64,000 bases of DNA from Octopus sinensis (GCF_006345805.1 NC_043020.1:14322001-14386000); one strand, 5' to 3'; counted from the first letter of the stretch, positions 13,376 to 25,519 are shown. The notes: generated by a model from the sequence alone, not told the origin. Translations and numbers: made by a program.

Positions 13376-14000
13376 GGTGTATATACAGTAATGCCTCAAT
13401 ATATGAGTTAATTTGCTCATAAAGAGGAAACTCATAAAGCAGAGCAATAATTTCCCATAGTAGCAATGTTATAAGTCATAATTTGTTTCCAGATAAATAT
13501 TTTACCTATAAAATTTATAATACTCATGAATAAATGACAATAAAACAAAATAGAATGTAAAGAATATTTTATGCAAAGTAAAAAGAATGTGAAGACCATT
13601 TATAATCATTTTCTGCATCACTTTCATTTATGCTAGACTTTCACAAACTGTTACTTGTAGACCCGATTGCCAATTCACTAACACTCATAGATGGACTTGT
13701 AGATTTCTTAGTCTAGGGTTGTTTGCTTAGAAGAAGCTTTTTTTCATTCTCTATAAATTTCTCAGTAATACGCAGAAGCATTTGTTATGGTAATAGAAGC
13801 TTTTGCACTTCATTCAAAATTTGGATCTTCTGCTTGAAAAATTTCAGTTCACTATACAAAGTGAGCTGAAAAATAAAACTTTCAAACCCAGAGTCTCATA
13901 AAGTGAGTTATTACTCTGTGTGTGTGTGTGTGTGTGTGTACATACATACACACATACCTTATAATTTTCAGTCAATGTGTGTGTGTGTACATACATACAG

Positions 14001-14322
14001 TGAGGGCGCGTGGCTTAGTGGTTAGGGCATTTGGCTCATGATCGTAAGGTTGTGAGTTCAATTCCCGGCGACGCGTTGTGTCCTTGAGCAAGACACTTTA
14101 TTTCACGTTGCTCCAGTCCACTCAGCTGGCAAAAATGAGTTGTACTTGTATTTCAAAGGGTCAGCCTTGTCACTCTCTGTGTCACGCTGATTATCCCCGA
14201 GAACTACGTTAAGGGTACACATGTCTGTGGAATGCTCAGCCATTTGCACGTTAATTTCACGAGCAAGCTGTTCCGTTGATCGTATCAGCTGGGACCCTCG
14301 TCGTCGTAACCGGCGGAGTCTT
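14001..14322 (+). mobile_element. tRNA-headed CORE-type SINE family E, representative copy. Others: 3664-4000, 24270-24520, 59185-59530(-), partials near 4925-5075(-) and 14585-14715(-)
   Basis: TGGCTTAGTGGTTAG A box, GAGTTCAATTCC B box, GTGTCCTTGAGCAAGACACTTTATTTCACGTTGCTCCAG core. Confidence 0.85.
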
Positions 14323-14903
14323 TTAACATACATACACACACACATGCATCACTAAGCCATGTATACACGCGCACACACACACACGCATGCCACATCTGAT
14401 GGACCTCCCTGTTGAAGATGACATATGAGTGTCCAGCTTTTGCTGAATGGCCCCCACATAGGCTCGGCCTCTCTATCAAATTGATGTTGTCTGAACAGGT
14501 GCGTAGTGTACCACATGTATATAGTTCAATCCGAATGGACATTTAATATTCTGTCATTATATTATATTATATTATATTACTATAAGATTGTAAACAGAGC
14601 AATGTGAAATGAAGTGCTTTGCTCAAGAACACAATGCACCACCCAGTCTAGGAATTGAAACCACAATTTTACGATCATGAGTGCAACACCTTAACCTCTA
14701 GACCATGCACCCTCATATATATATATGTGTGTGTGTGTGGAAGCGCGTGGGGCCATCTCATTTAATGAATTTGGCAGAACACTTAATAAAGATTTATTAC
14801 TATTTAGTTCTGAGATTAGTTCTGATTAAACTGACTGTATGATTAAAGACATTCCATCCATGAAACATACCTTATAATTTTCAGTCAATGTAGCCACTAC
14901 ATA

Positions 14904-14955
<52 letters not shown>

Positions 14956-15281
14956 CAAAACAGAAAAACTGGTAAACATTTTTTGGTAATATTTTTCTGC
15001 ATTACATATGTTTCATAACTAATGGGAACCACAGAGGTATACATGTAGTAAAAACATGTAAGATGTCTGATATTAATAATCCTTCTCTATGTTCCTCTCT
15101 AACTCTGATTCCCAATTAATAACCAGTTCTATATATATATATATATATAGCCGGCCGTATGCTAGAAACAGATCATCAACGATCAAACTACAAAGGAAAT
15201 TCTCTAGAGGAAAAATTCAGCGAACACCAGAACCAAATTTGGCAGGCAGGACAGATGAAAATTTATATAAAAAACAGACTT

Positions 15282-15356
15282 AAATGCATACCTCGATTTC
15301 GGCCTTTAACAAAAGAATTACATAATTCAAATGTCCGTGACTTCATCAGTGCATTT
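15282..15356 (-). ncRNA. Candidate type I hammerhead ribozyme
   Basis: Minus strand reads AAAUGCA-CUGAUGA-[A-GUC...GGC-C]-GAAA-UCGAGG-UA|UGCAUUU: canonical core, 7-bp stem I, GUA cleavage triplet; the base of stem II is imperfect. Confidence 0.65.
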
Positions 15357-16115
15357 GGTCAGTGTAAATGCAAACTGAAAAATTAACCCCAGTTTTCTGT
15401 GCCAAGACAGACACGTGCTTAGTTTTACCGATTACATTAGTGATAAAATTTCAAATGTCTTGGTTATGGTGCGCTAAGAAATTCCTGAAGCGAAGGGCTG
15501 CAGTGAATAATTCACTGCGGTTAGTGCTTACTACTAGGGAACGTATTTATTTCAATATTTAAATAATGAGGGAGATAAATTAATATTAATTTTAATATCA
15601 ATTTAAAACCAGTAGTCCAGCATACAAAAAATCTGAGAAGTCAGAGAAAATTCTAGAATTTTCTCTGACTACCAAATTCACTCGCAAGGCTTTGGTTGGC
15701 CTGAAACTATAGTAGAAGAGACTTTCTCAATGTGCCATGCAGTGGAACTGAACGCAGACCCATGTGGTTGGGGAGCAATCTCCTTACCACACAGACACAT
15801 CTGCATCTATATATGGAAGGACATGAATGTAAATGGAGGTTAAATTCTTCTGACTGTTAATTACAAGCAAAGATCTAAAGAGATTTTAATGAATTTGGCA
15901 GAACACTTAATAAAGATTTATTACTATTTAGTTCCGAGATTAATTCTGATTAAACTGACTGTATGATTAAAGACATTCCATCCATGAAACATACCTTATA
16001 ATTTTCAGTCAATGTAGCCACTACATTATCTGACAAATCCTTCCTTTTATATGTTGGTAAGAGATGGTTTGAAGGAAATCTAGTGGCTCTTCTAGGATTG
16101 AGTCAACTACATATA

Positions 16116-16369
16116 CCGTATTTTAACATGTAAAAGGAACCCCTTTTTGTCAAAAATAAGGTTTAAAAAATATATAGGAGTGTCTTATACATGGATCGTT
16201 AGCCACTACACACATTTTTTTTCTCTCCTTATTTTTTTTGTGTCCCTTTCTGTAGAAGAGCGTAGGCTCGAAACGTAAAAGACTTTTTCTATTCCTGAGC
16301 GTTATACTAATACATCTGTTTGTTTTGTACACCACCTGTCTTCATCTTTTGTTTTTTTTCGTAAACTCT

Positions 16370-16416
<47 letters not shown>

Positions 16417-16683
16417 AGATCATTAGCCACTACACACATTTTTTTCTCTCCTTGTTTTTTCTGTGTCCCTTTCTGTAGAAGAGCGTAGGCTCGAAACGTA
16501 AAAAATATTTTTCTATTCCTGAGCGTTATACTAATACATCTGTTTGTTTTGTACACCACCTGTCTTCGTCTTTTGTTTTTTTTCGTAAACTCTCCCGATT
16601 GTGTTATAATCCCTTACAAAACCTTTTTTTCAAAATTTTGAAGCCCCAAAATTAGGGGGTTCCTTATACACATTAAAATATAG
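16116..16683. mobile_element. Tc1/pogo-type MITE carrying an inserted duplicated 179-bp repeat
   Basis: About 28-bp imperfect TIRs (TA)CCGTATTTTAACATGTAAAAGGAACCCC / GGGGTTCCTTATACACATTAAAATATAG(TA). Confidence 0.7.
16194..16596 (+). repeat. Direct 179-bp repeat pair (16194-16372, 16418-16596) separated by (TA)n; resembles a Penelope pseudo-LTR
   Basis: Near-identical copies, each containing ...GAAGAGCGTAGGCTCGAAACGT... and ending TAAACTCTCCC. Confidence 0.85.
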
Positions 16684-16768
16684 TATATATGCTTTTTGTT
16701 TAGTAATTGATAAATGTTGCCGATCCCGTAATTAAAACTATTAATTTTTTTTTTTTTCTCTTTTCAAG

Positions 16769-16858
16769 TGGATGCGACGTATGTGGAAAACCCATCCATG
16801 TTATAAACTTTATGGTGTTGACGGTACAGAATGTTCTTTCCTGATGTATCTCAGTGAG
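16769..16858 (+). CDS. MGAT5: MGAT5 exon 4 (WMRRMWKTHPCYKLYGVDGTECSFLMYLSE)
   Basis: Matches WMKDMWRSDPCYADYGVDGSTCSFFIYLSE; long pyrimidine tract + AG, GTGAGT donor; 90 nt, phase 0-0. Confidence 0.97.
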
Positions 16859-17056
16859 GTGAGTTATCGCAGTTGTTTCATGCCTTTTTCTGAATGTATA
16901 TGGAATTCTAAAACTGCTTTTAAGACTATATGTATGTGTGTGCTTTTTATAGATGGTCTGTCTGTTTATACCAATGTTTTAGATAGTGAGATATATCTCA
17001 TGGTCATTCATGACTAAAGGGAGTTCTTCACATATGTATATATATATATATATATC

Positions 17057-18083
17057 ATCATCATCGTTTAGCGTCCGTTTTCCATGCTAGCATGGGTTGG
17101 ACGGTTCAACTGGGGTCTGTGAAGCCAGAAGGCTTCATCAGGCCCAGTCAAATCTGGCAGTGTTTCTACGGCTGGATGCCCTTCCTAATGCCAACCACTC
17201 CGTGAGTGTAGTGGGTGCTTTTTACGTGCCACCCGCACAGGTGCCAGACAGAGCTGGCAAACGGCCACGAACGGATGGTGCTTTTTATGTGCCACCGGCA
17301 CGGGGCCAGGCGAGGCTGGCAATGGACACGAACGGATGGTGCTTTTTACGTGCCACCGGCACGAGGCCAGTCGGGGCGGCGCTGGCAACAGTCGCGAAAC
17401 GGATATATATATATATATATATACCATCATCATCATCATCATTGTTTAACGTCTACTTTCCATGCTAGCATGGGTTGGACGATTTTGACTGAGGGCTGGC
17501 AAACCAGATGGCTGCACCAGGCTCCAATCTTGATCTGGCAGAGTTTCTACAGCTGGATGTCCTTCTTAACACCAACCACTCCGAGAGTGTAGTAGGTGCT
17601 TTTTACGTGCCACCAGCACGGGGGCCAGTCAGGTGGTACTGGCAATGACCTCGCTCGAATCTTTTTACACGTGCCACCAGCATAGGTGCCAGTGAAGCGA
17701 TGTTGGTAACGATCATGCTCGAATGGTGCCCTTTTACATGCCACGGGTATGGAAGCCAGTTGGCTGCTCTGGCAATGATCACGCTTGGATGGTGTTCTTG
17801 GCACCCTACTAGCACAGGCATAATTGCCAGTAAGGCGACGCTGGTAATGATCATACTCGAATAGCCACTCTGTCAACGATCACACTCATATGGTGCTCTT
17901 TGTACCCCGCTAGCACAGATGCCAGTCATCGAATTGATTTTGATTTCACTTGCCTCAACAGGTCTTCGCAAGCAGAGTTTAGTGGCCAATGAAGGAAAAG
18001 GTATACATAAGTGGGCTGGTTACACCCCTGGCATAGGTCACGGGTTATGGTCTCATCTGGCTTGCCGGATCTTCTTGAGCACA

Positions 18084-18120
<37 letters not shown>

Positions 18121-19215
18121 GATATAATGAGATTAATGAAGATGAGGAGAATGAAGATTTGCACATACAATTTTATTTAACTATTTTGTGTTCAGAATAC
18201 TCTGTCAAATGTAATGCTTATTTATTCACCTTCTTTTGAATGAATCCTGCATTATCTCATAGCTTCAGGATTTCAATGATGTGATTATTTATTTCTAGAA
18301 TGACATTGTAGGCTAGGTATGAGAAGTTAGATCTAGCCAGTAAAACAGGTAAAAATATATTGGTCAGATATGGTCAGTCTAAATGCCAAAGGGTTAGTTT
18401 GTCTCCCAGTCTATCACCATGAGGTGGTTCTCAGCTGCATTTAGAAGTTTGTTTTCATGTAAGCATTAAGGCATTAGTTTAATAGTGATGGTCTTTGTAT
18501 TGTTATCATCATCACTGCCACCATCACCACCAGCAGCCTTTTTGCTGTTGTTTAACCATAGGTAAGCTGTAAACAAACAGACTTATGATCAAAGGCATTC
18601 TAGCCATGCCCATCCCATCTTATTTCCAGTTATCATATTTAGGAATACATTATCCAATGTGTTCTTCCTTTCTTTTGGAATGGTAAGGTATCTTTAGAGG
18701 AAATTTGGCTGCCATTTCCAGCAGATTGAGAAATCCTGTAGAGGCACCCTCATTGAAACTGTCACTGGACCATAGTATTAGTTAGCTACTGAGAGGTTTC
18801 GTATTCAATTTTATTGTTTAAAATAACTTCTATGTGCTGCCTTCTAATTTTTGTTGAGTTCTACATCAAATCATCATCATCATCATCATCACCGTTTAGC
18901 GTTCGCTTTCCATGCTAGCATGGGTTGGACGGTTCAACTGGGGTCTGGGAAGCCAGAAGGCTGCACCAGGCCCAGTCTGATCTGGCAGTGTTTCTACGGC
19001 TGGATGCCCTTCCTAACGCCAACCACTCCATGAGTGTAGTGAATGCTTTTTACGTGCCACTGGCACAGGTGCCAGGCGAGGCTGGCAAACGGCCACGATC
19101 GGATGGTGCTTTTTAAGTGCCACTGGCACAGAGGCCAGGCCAGGCTGGCAAACGGCCACAATCGGATGGTGCTTTTTACGTGCCACTGGCACAGAGGCCA
19201 GGTGAGGCTGGCAAT
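17057..19215 (-). mobile_element. Cluster of family B (RTE 3' UTR-derived) copies: about 17057-17405, 17425-18085, 18873-19215. Others at 3170-3440, 5215-5428(+), 6555-6903(+), 23365-23630, 26097-26345, 29600-29805(+), 37055-37510
   Basis: Shared CTGGATGCCCTTCCTAACGCCAACCACTCC core, variable-number GTGCTTTTTACGTGCCAC units and (ATC)n tail; the same sequence forms the UTR of the RTE at 19620-20370. Confidence 0.85.
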
Positions 19216-19343
19216 GTTATCGTTAATCCCTTCTGCTACGTTGTATGATGTAATGTGTTGTAAATCCATGATCAAGCATGGTATTTTAAAGATAATCATT
19301 TTCATATATACTATTTAAATTATGAATATTTTCTTTCCAATAG

Positions 19344-19421
19344 GTTGAAATGTGGTGTCCCAGTAAGAGCTGGAGAGGAAACTTAACTGAGAATCATCGT
19401 CGCAAAATATCTACAGTTTAT
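19344..19421 (+). CDS. MGAT5: MGAT5 exon 5 (VEMWCPSKSWRGNLTENHRRKISTVY)
   Basis: Matches VENWCPHLPWR; taG / GTAAAT. An alternative in-frame donor 6 nt upstream (GTTTAT) cannot be excluded. Confidence 0.88.
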
Positions 19422-19619
19422 GTAAATAACATTAATATATCTTTTTTTTACTATTTTATGCATTTATAACTTATATTTCTTCCATTGCCTTACTTCATAA
19501 GAACCTGAATTTCTTTAACAATAGTAGCATATGAATGCAGTTAAGGTCAAAATCTTGATGTAAGCATTTGATTTAGTTTCTGGTTTGGAAGCAGAGTGTT
19601 ACAAACAGTAGCAGGGTAA

Positions 19620-20370
19620 GAACGTTGGACATAAGAAGCATCGGATGTAGTGTGCAAGAGAGACGTTTGCGCTGGTATGGTCGTGTACTATGGATGGATA
19701 AGAAGAGCTATTTGAAGAAGTGCCACTCCCAAACAGTTGAAGGAATCCGAGGTAGAGGTAGACCCAGAAAGACATGGGATGAGATAGCAAAGCATGACCT
19801 TTGAATGTTGGGCCTTACAGAGGCAATGATAAAAGACCGAGACCTCTGGAGACATGCTGTGATCGTGAAGACCCGGCAAATAAAGTGAGTTTACAGCTGT
19901 ATCCTACACCAGTTTTGCATAACCAGCTCCAGCCGCAGCCCATTCAAAAGTACCTTCGATCGTAGGGCGACCTGCTGTGCTTGAAGAGACCTATTGAGTC
20001 AAGTACATCAACATCAAAATGAAAATCAAATGGAAATTGTAGTCGTGATACCTGTGCCAATGGCACGTAAAAAGCACCATCCAAATGTGGCTGATACCAG
20101 CACCGCCTTGACTGGCTTCTGTGCCCGTGGCATGTAAAAAGCACCAACCAATCGTGGCTGTTGCCAGCCACCCTTGGCCCCTGTGCCAGTGGCATGTAAA
20201 AAGCACTCACTACACTCACAGAGTGGTTGGTGTTAGGAAGGGCATCCAGCTGTAGAAACACTGCCAGATCAGACTGGAGCCTGGTGCAGCCTCCTGGCTT
20301 CCCAGACCCCAGTCAAACCGTCCAACCCATGCTAGCATGGAAAACGGACGTTAAACAATGATGATGATGA
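19620..20370 (+). mobile_element. RTE-clade LINE 3' end: RT C-terminus plus 3' UTR with (GAT)n tail (source of repeat family B)
   Basis: Hand translation from 19625: QERRLRWYGRV...VEGIRGRGRPRKTW...DL*MLGL...DRDLWR; the UTR ends ...GGACGTTAAACAATGATGATGA. Confidence 0.88.
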
Positions 20371-21725
20371 TTGGCAGATGAAATGTGACTAGATTGTCTT
20401 ACTATAGACTTGTCTGGTCTGTGCCACCTTGAAAAAAAAGTAGATATAAAAATAAGCCTTCACTCAGACTTAGCAACTGTCTATGATCCCAGGTCTTGAG
20501 CTGTGAGTCATGTCCTTTCTTTGATTTCTATTGCAATAACCCAATAGCCCCAACTCCTGCCTATTTCCTGGCTATACTTCACATCACTTTATCCCTTTAG
20601 TGTTCAGATTATTCTGCCAAATATATTACTTATTAATTCATACTGTTTCAAATTAATCAAACATTTATCTTGTCACTTTGAGAGTTTGATAATGTGATGG
20701 TTTCTTTTTGGAATGACATTATAGGGTAGATGGGAGAAGCCAGGTCTGGCTGGTTTATACATAAAACAGGTAGAATAATTTGGCCAGATATGGCTGGTTT
20801 AAGGCAGTGAGCTGACAGAAATGTTAACACGACAGGCAAAATGCTCAGTGGTATTTCATCGGCGAGCTGGCTGAATCGTTAGCACGCCGGGCGAAATGCG
20901 TAGCCGTATTTCGTCTGCCGTTACGTTCTGAGTTCAAATTCTGCCGAGGTTGACTTTGCCTTTCATCCTTTCAGGGTCGATAAATTAAGTACCAGTTACG
21001 TACTGGGGATCGATGTAATCAACTTAATCCGTTTGTCTGTCCTTGTTTGCCCCCATCTGTGTTTAGCGCCTTGTGGGTAGTAAAGAAATAGGTATTTCAT
21101 CTGCCATTACATTCTGAGTTCAAATTCCGCCGAGGTTGACTTTGCCTTTCATCCTTTCGGGGTCGATAAATTAAGTACCAGTTATGTACTGGGGATCGAT
21201 GTAATCGACTTAATCCGTTTGTCTGTCCTTGTTTGTCCCCATCTGTGTTTAGCCCCTTGTGGGTAGTAAAGAAATAGGTATTTCATCTGCCATTACATTC
21301 TGAATTCAAATTCCCCCGAGATCGACTTTGCCTTTCATCCTTTCAAGGTCAATAAATCAAGTACCAGTTACGCACTGGGGTCGAGGTAATCGACTTAATC
21401 CCTTTATCGGTCCTTTTTTGTCCCCTCTATGTTTACCCCCTTGTGGGCAGTAAAGAAATAAGATATAGCTGGTTTCAATGCTAAAGGGTCAAACTGTAAA
21501 TACATATGTCTCATCATTAGGTGGGTTATACTACTAAAAAAACTTGAGGGAATTCTTTGTTGGCATGCCATTCAGAAAGTCTGCAGTTTGTCCATGATTG
21601 CTTTAGATTCAGGTGCTGAGTGTTCGGATGCAGTTGCTTGTTTTCAGTCTGTGTTAACATTCTTTCTTAAATGCTGCCTTGTAATGTTATTTCATGTTAC
21701 TAACTGTTCATACCTAATTTCTAAG

Positions 21726-21955
21726 TTTAACCCTTTCGTTACCAACCCGGCTGAAACCGGCTCTGGCTCTGTGGTACAAATATCTTATTTTCATAAGTTT
21801 TGAATTAAAATCTTCCACCAAACCTTAGTTACAATTTATGTTCCTAACATCAGCTTAATTATAACTAAGTTATTTTACTAAATTCTTTGTTATATTTAAA
21901 GTAATTGAAAGAAACACAGAGCATCTCAAAATAAATACAGTAACAAAAGGGTTAA
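21726..21955. mobile_element. Second TTAA-flanked MITE family; also 57852-58082 (inverted) and a partial near 7620-7780
   Basis: TTAA-CCCTTTCGTTAC...GTAACAAAAGGG-TTAA; near-identical internal sequence in the 57.9 kb copy. Confidence 0.85.
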
Positions 21956-22384
21956 TTATTAATTAATAGTCTCTAATTATGGCACAGTGGTTGCAGTTTT
22001 GAGGATCAGGGTTAAGTCAATAAAATCACCACCATTACTTGACTGGTACTTTATTTTTATTCATTTCTAATTAATGAAATTCTTAAGAATCGTTAGCATG
22101 CTGGGCAAAATGCTTTGTGGCATTTCATCCATCTTTATATTCTCAGTTCAAATTCTACCAAAGTTGACATTACCTTACATCCTTTTGAGCTCAATAAAAT
22201 AAGTACCAAGTTGAGTACAGAGGTTGATATAATCAACTTACCACTCCTCCAAATTTGCTGACCTTGTGCCAAAATTTGAAAGCAGTTAATGAAATACTTG
22301 AAGTTCCAGATTGATGCCATTCCCGTATATATTGTAAATTCTTCAGCTCACCTAATTTGTGGTATTTTTGTTTCCTCCACCCAG

Positions 22385-22555
22385 GCCAATGTTACAACTA
22401 ATATTGAACAGTTAATGAGTCTGTTGGTTGATCCAAATGAAAGGCAGGGATATGCTTTTATACGTATGAGGATCCAGCGAATGTGGCAGAAATGGATAGA
22501 AGCCATCAAATCCCTTCTCAAGAAACAAAACTTGAATAAAAGACCTAAAAAACGT
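22385..22555 (+). CDS. MGAT5: MGAT5 exon 6 (ANVTTNIEQLMS...RMRIQRMWQKWIEAIKSLLKKQNLNKRPKKR)
   Basis: Matches RLRIRRMADAWIQAIKSLAEKQNLEKRKRKK; cccAG / GTAAGT; 171 nt, phase 0-0. Confidence 0.95.
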
Positions 22556-25519
22556 GTAAGTATTGGTTAAGAAATTTTTACATTTTCAGCTAGTCTTTCA
22601 CACTATTATCCACTATAAAATAAAGCAACTGTATACACACACACACACACACACACACACTTTATTTGTATATACACTCACCTACCTTTATATATATACA
22701 CACATTTGTATATGCACACATCTGTAATTGTATATACACATAACTATATTTGTATATACAATGTGGAGGCGCAATGGCCCAGTGGTTAGGGCAGCGGACT
22801 CGTGATTGTAGGATCGCGGTTTCGATTCCCAGACCGGGCGTTGTGAGTGTTTGTTGAGTGAAAACACCTAAAGCTCCATGAGGCTCCAGGGGGAGGGGGG
22901 GGCAAGCCCTTCTGTTCCCATTCGCCACAACTTTCACTCACTCTTTCTTCTGTTGGCTTGCTCACTTAGCCAGCAGGGTAGCATCATTTGAAGGCTAAAA
23001 CAATCCGAAGCGCATTGTGACCAGCGATGTGTAGCAACATCTGACAGCCTGATCAGTCATGGTGATCACGGTGATATTTGTATAAACACTCGCCTATAAT
23101 TGTATATACATTATCATCATCATCAATAACATTTAACATTTATTTTCCATACAGATATGGGTTGGGCGCCTTGACAGGAACTTTGCAAGGCCAGGGTCTG
23201 CATAAAGTTCCATAGTTTGTTTTGACTTGGTTTCTACAGCTGGATACCCTTCCTAATGCCAACAACTTTACAAAGTGTATTGGGTGCATTTTATGTAGCA
23301 CAGTTTCTATATTCACATCCAAACATCTGTGCATATACACCTACACACCTATAGCTGTATATATACATCATCATCGTCATTATCTAATGCCTGCTTTCCA
23401 TGCTAGCAGGGGTTGGACAGTTTGACAGGAACTGGCTAAACAGAAGACAGCACCAGGCTTCTATGTCTGTTTTTGGCTTGGGTTTTTATGGTTGGATGTC
23501 CTTCCTAATGCCAACCATTCCACAGAGTGGACCGAGTGCTTTTTACATGACACCAGCACAGGTGAGGTCAGTTTTGGCATGGTTTTTACAGCTGGATGCC
23601 CTTCCAAATGCCAACCACTTTGCAGTGTGGACTGTATATATATATATATATATATATAGCTGGCTTCTTTCAGTTTCTGTATATTAAATCCACTCACAAG
23701 GCTTTGGTCAGCCTAAGGCTATAGCAGAAGACACTTGCCACATAGTGGGACTGAACCGGGAACCATGTGGCTGCGAAGCAAGCTTCTTACCGCACAGCCA
23801 TACATACACTGTCATATTTCCATATTTGTATATAGACACCTACAATTGTATATTTCTTTTTATTTATGCGCCCTTTCCAAGCCTAGCCAGGCTCATGGGC
23901 CTGGTTTCCCGGTTTCTATGGCGTATGTGTTACCCCCAGCTGGACGGTACGTCAGTCCATCGCAGCATTATTCAAGAAAAAAGAGAGAAAGTTGGGGGTG
24001 AAAGAGTACAACAGGGGTTGCCACCACCCCCTGCCAGAGCCTCGTGGAGCTTTTGGTGTTTTTGCTTAATAAACACACACAATGCCCGATCTGGGAATCG
24101 AAACCGCGATCCTCCGACTGCGAGTCCGCTGCCCTAACCACTGGGCCATTGTGCCTCTACATAATTGTAGATACACACATCTATATCTTGTATACATATA
24201 CAGACATGTGTATGTGTGTATACATATAGATATATGTGTATATGAACCTATATATGTACGTATGCATAGCTTAGTGGTTAGGATAGTCAGCTCATGGTCG
24301 TAGTTGTCGTGAGTCTGATTACAGGTGGTATGTTGTGTCCTTGAGCAAGACACTTTACTTCACATTGCTTGAGTCCGCTCAGTTGACAAAAATGAGTAGT
24401 GCCTGTATTTCAGAGGGCTATCCTTGTCACATTATGCGTTATGCTGGATCTCCCTGAGAACTTTGTTAAGGGTACACATCTCTGTGGAGTGCTCAGTCAC
24501 TTGCATGTGAACTTCATTAGCGGGTTTCGTGACCAAAGCCTTGTAAGTGGATTTGGTAGACAGAAATTGAAAGAAACTGAAAGGCAGCGAGCTGGCAGAA
24601 ACATTAGCATGCCGGGCGAGATGCGTAGCCGTATTTCGTCTGCTGTTACGTTCTGAGTTCAAATTCCGCCGTGGTCGACTTTGCCTTTCATCTTTTCAGG
24701 GTCGATTAAATAAGTACCAGTTGCGCACTGGGGTCAACATAATTGACTTAATCCATTTGTCCCCTCTGTGTTCATCCCCTTGTGGGTAGTATCCCTTTGT
24801 AAAGGCGGTGAGCTGGCAGAAACGTTAGGAAGCCGGGCGAAATGCGTAGCCGTATTTCGTCTGCCATTACGTTCTGAGTTCAAATTCCGCCGTGGTCGAC
24901 TTTGCCTTTCATCCTTTCGGGGTTGATAAATTAAGTACCAGTTACGCACTGGGGTCAATGTAATCGACTTAATACCTATGTCTATCCTTGTTTGTCCCCT
25001 CTGTGTTTAGCCCCTTGTGGGTAATAAAGAAATAGGTATTCTGTCTGCCGTTGCGTTCTGGGTTCAAATTCCGCTGAGGTCGACTTTGCTTTACATCCTT
25101 TCAGGGTTGATAAATTAAGTACCAGTTATGCACTGGGGTCGATGTAATCAACTTAATCCCTTTGTCTGTCCTTGTTTGTCCCCTCTATGTTTAGCCCCTT
25201 GTGAGCAATAAAGAGATAAGAAATTGAAAGAAATGAATTTGGTAGACAGAAACTGAAAGAAGCCTGTAGTGTGTGTTTGTGCCAAATAGTGTTGGTGTGT
25301 CTATGCCCCAGTAACTTCGCGGTTCAGTAAAAGAGATCGATAGATTAAGTACTAGGCTTAAAAGAAAAAATAAGTCATGGGATCGATTCATTCAACTAAA
25401 CATTTTTGAAGGCAGTGCCCCACGATGTCCACAGTCTAATGACTGAAACAAGTAAAAGATAGAATTAAAGAAATCTAACTTTATAATCTGAATTTCATAT
25501 TTCAATTGTTTATTTTCAG

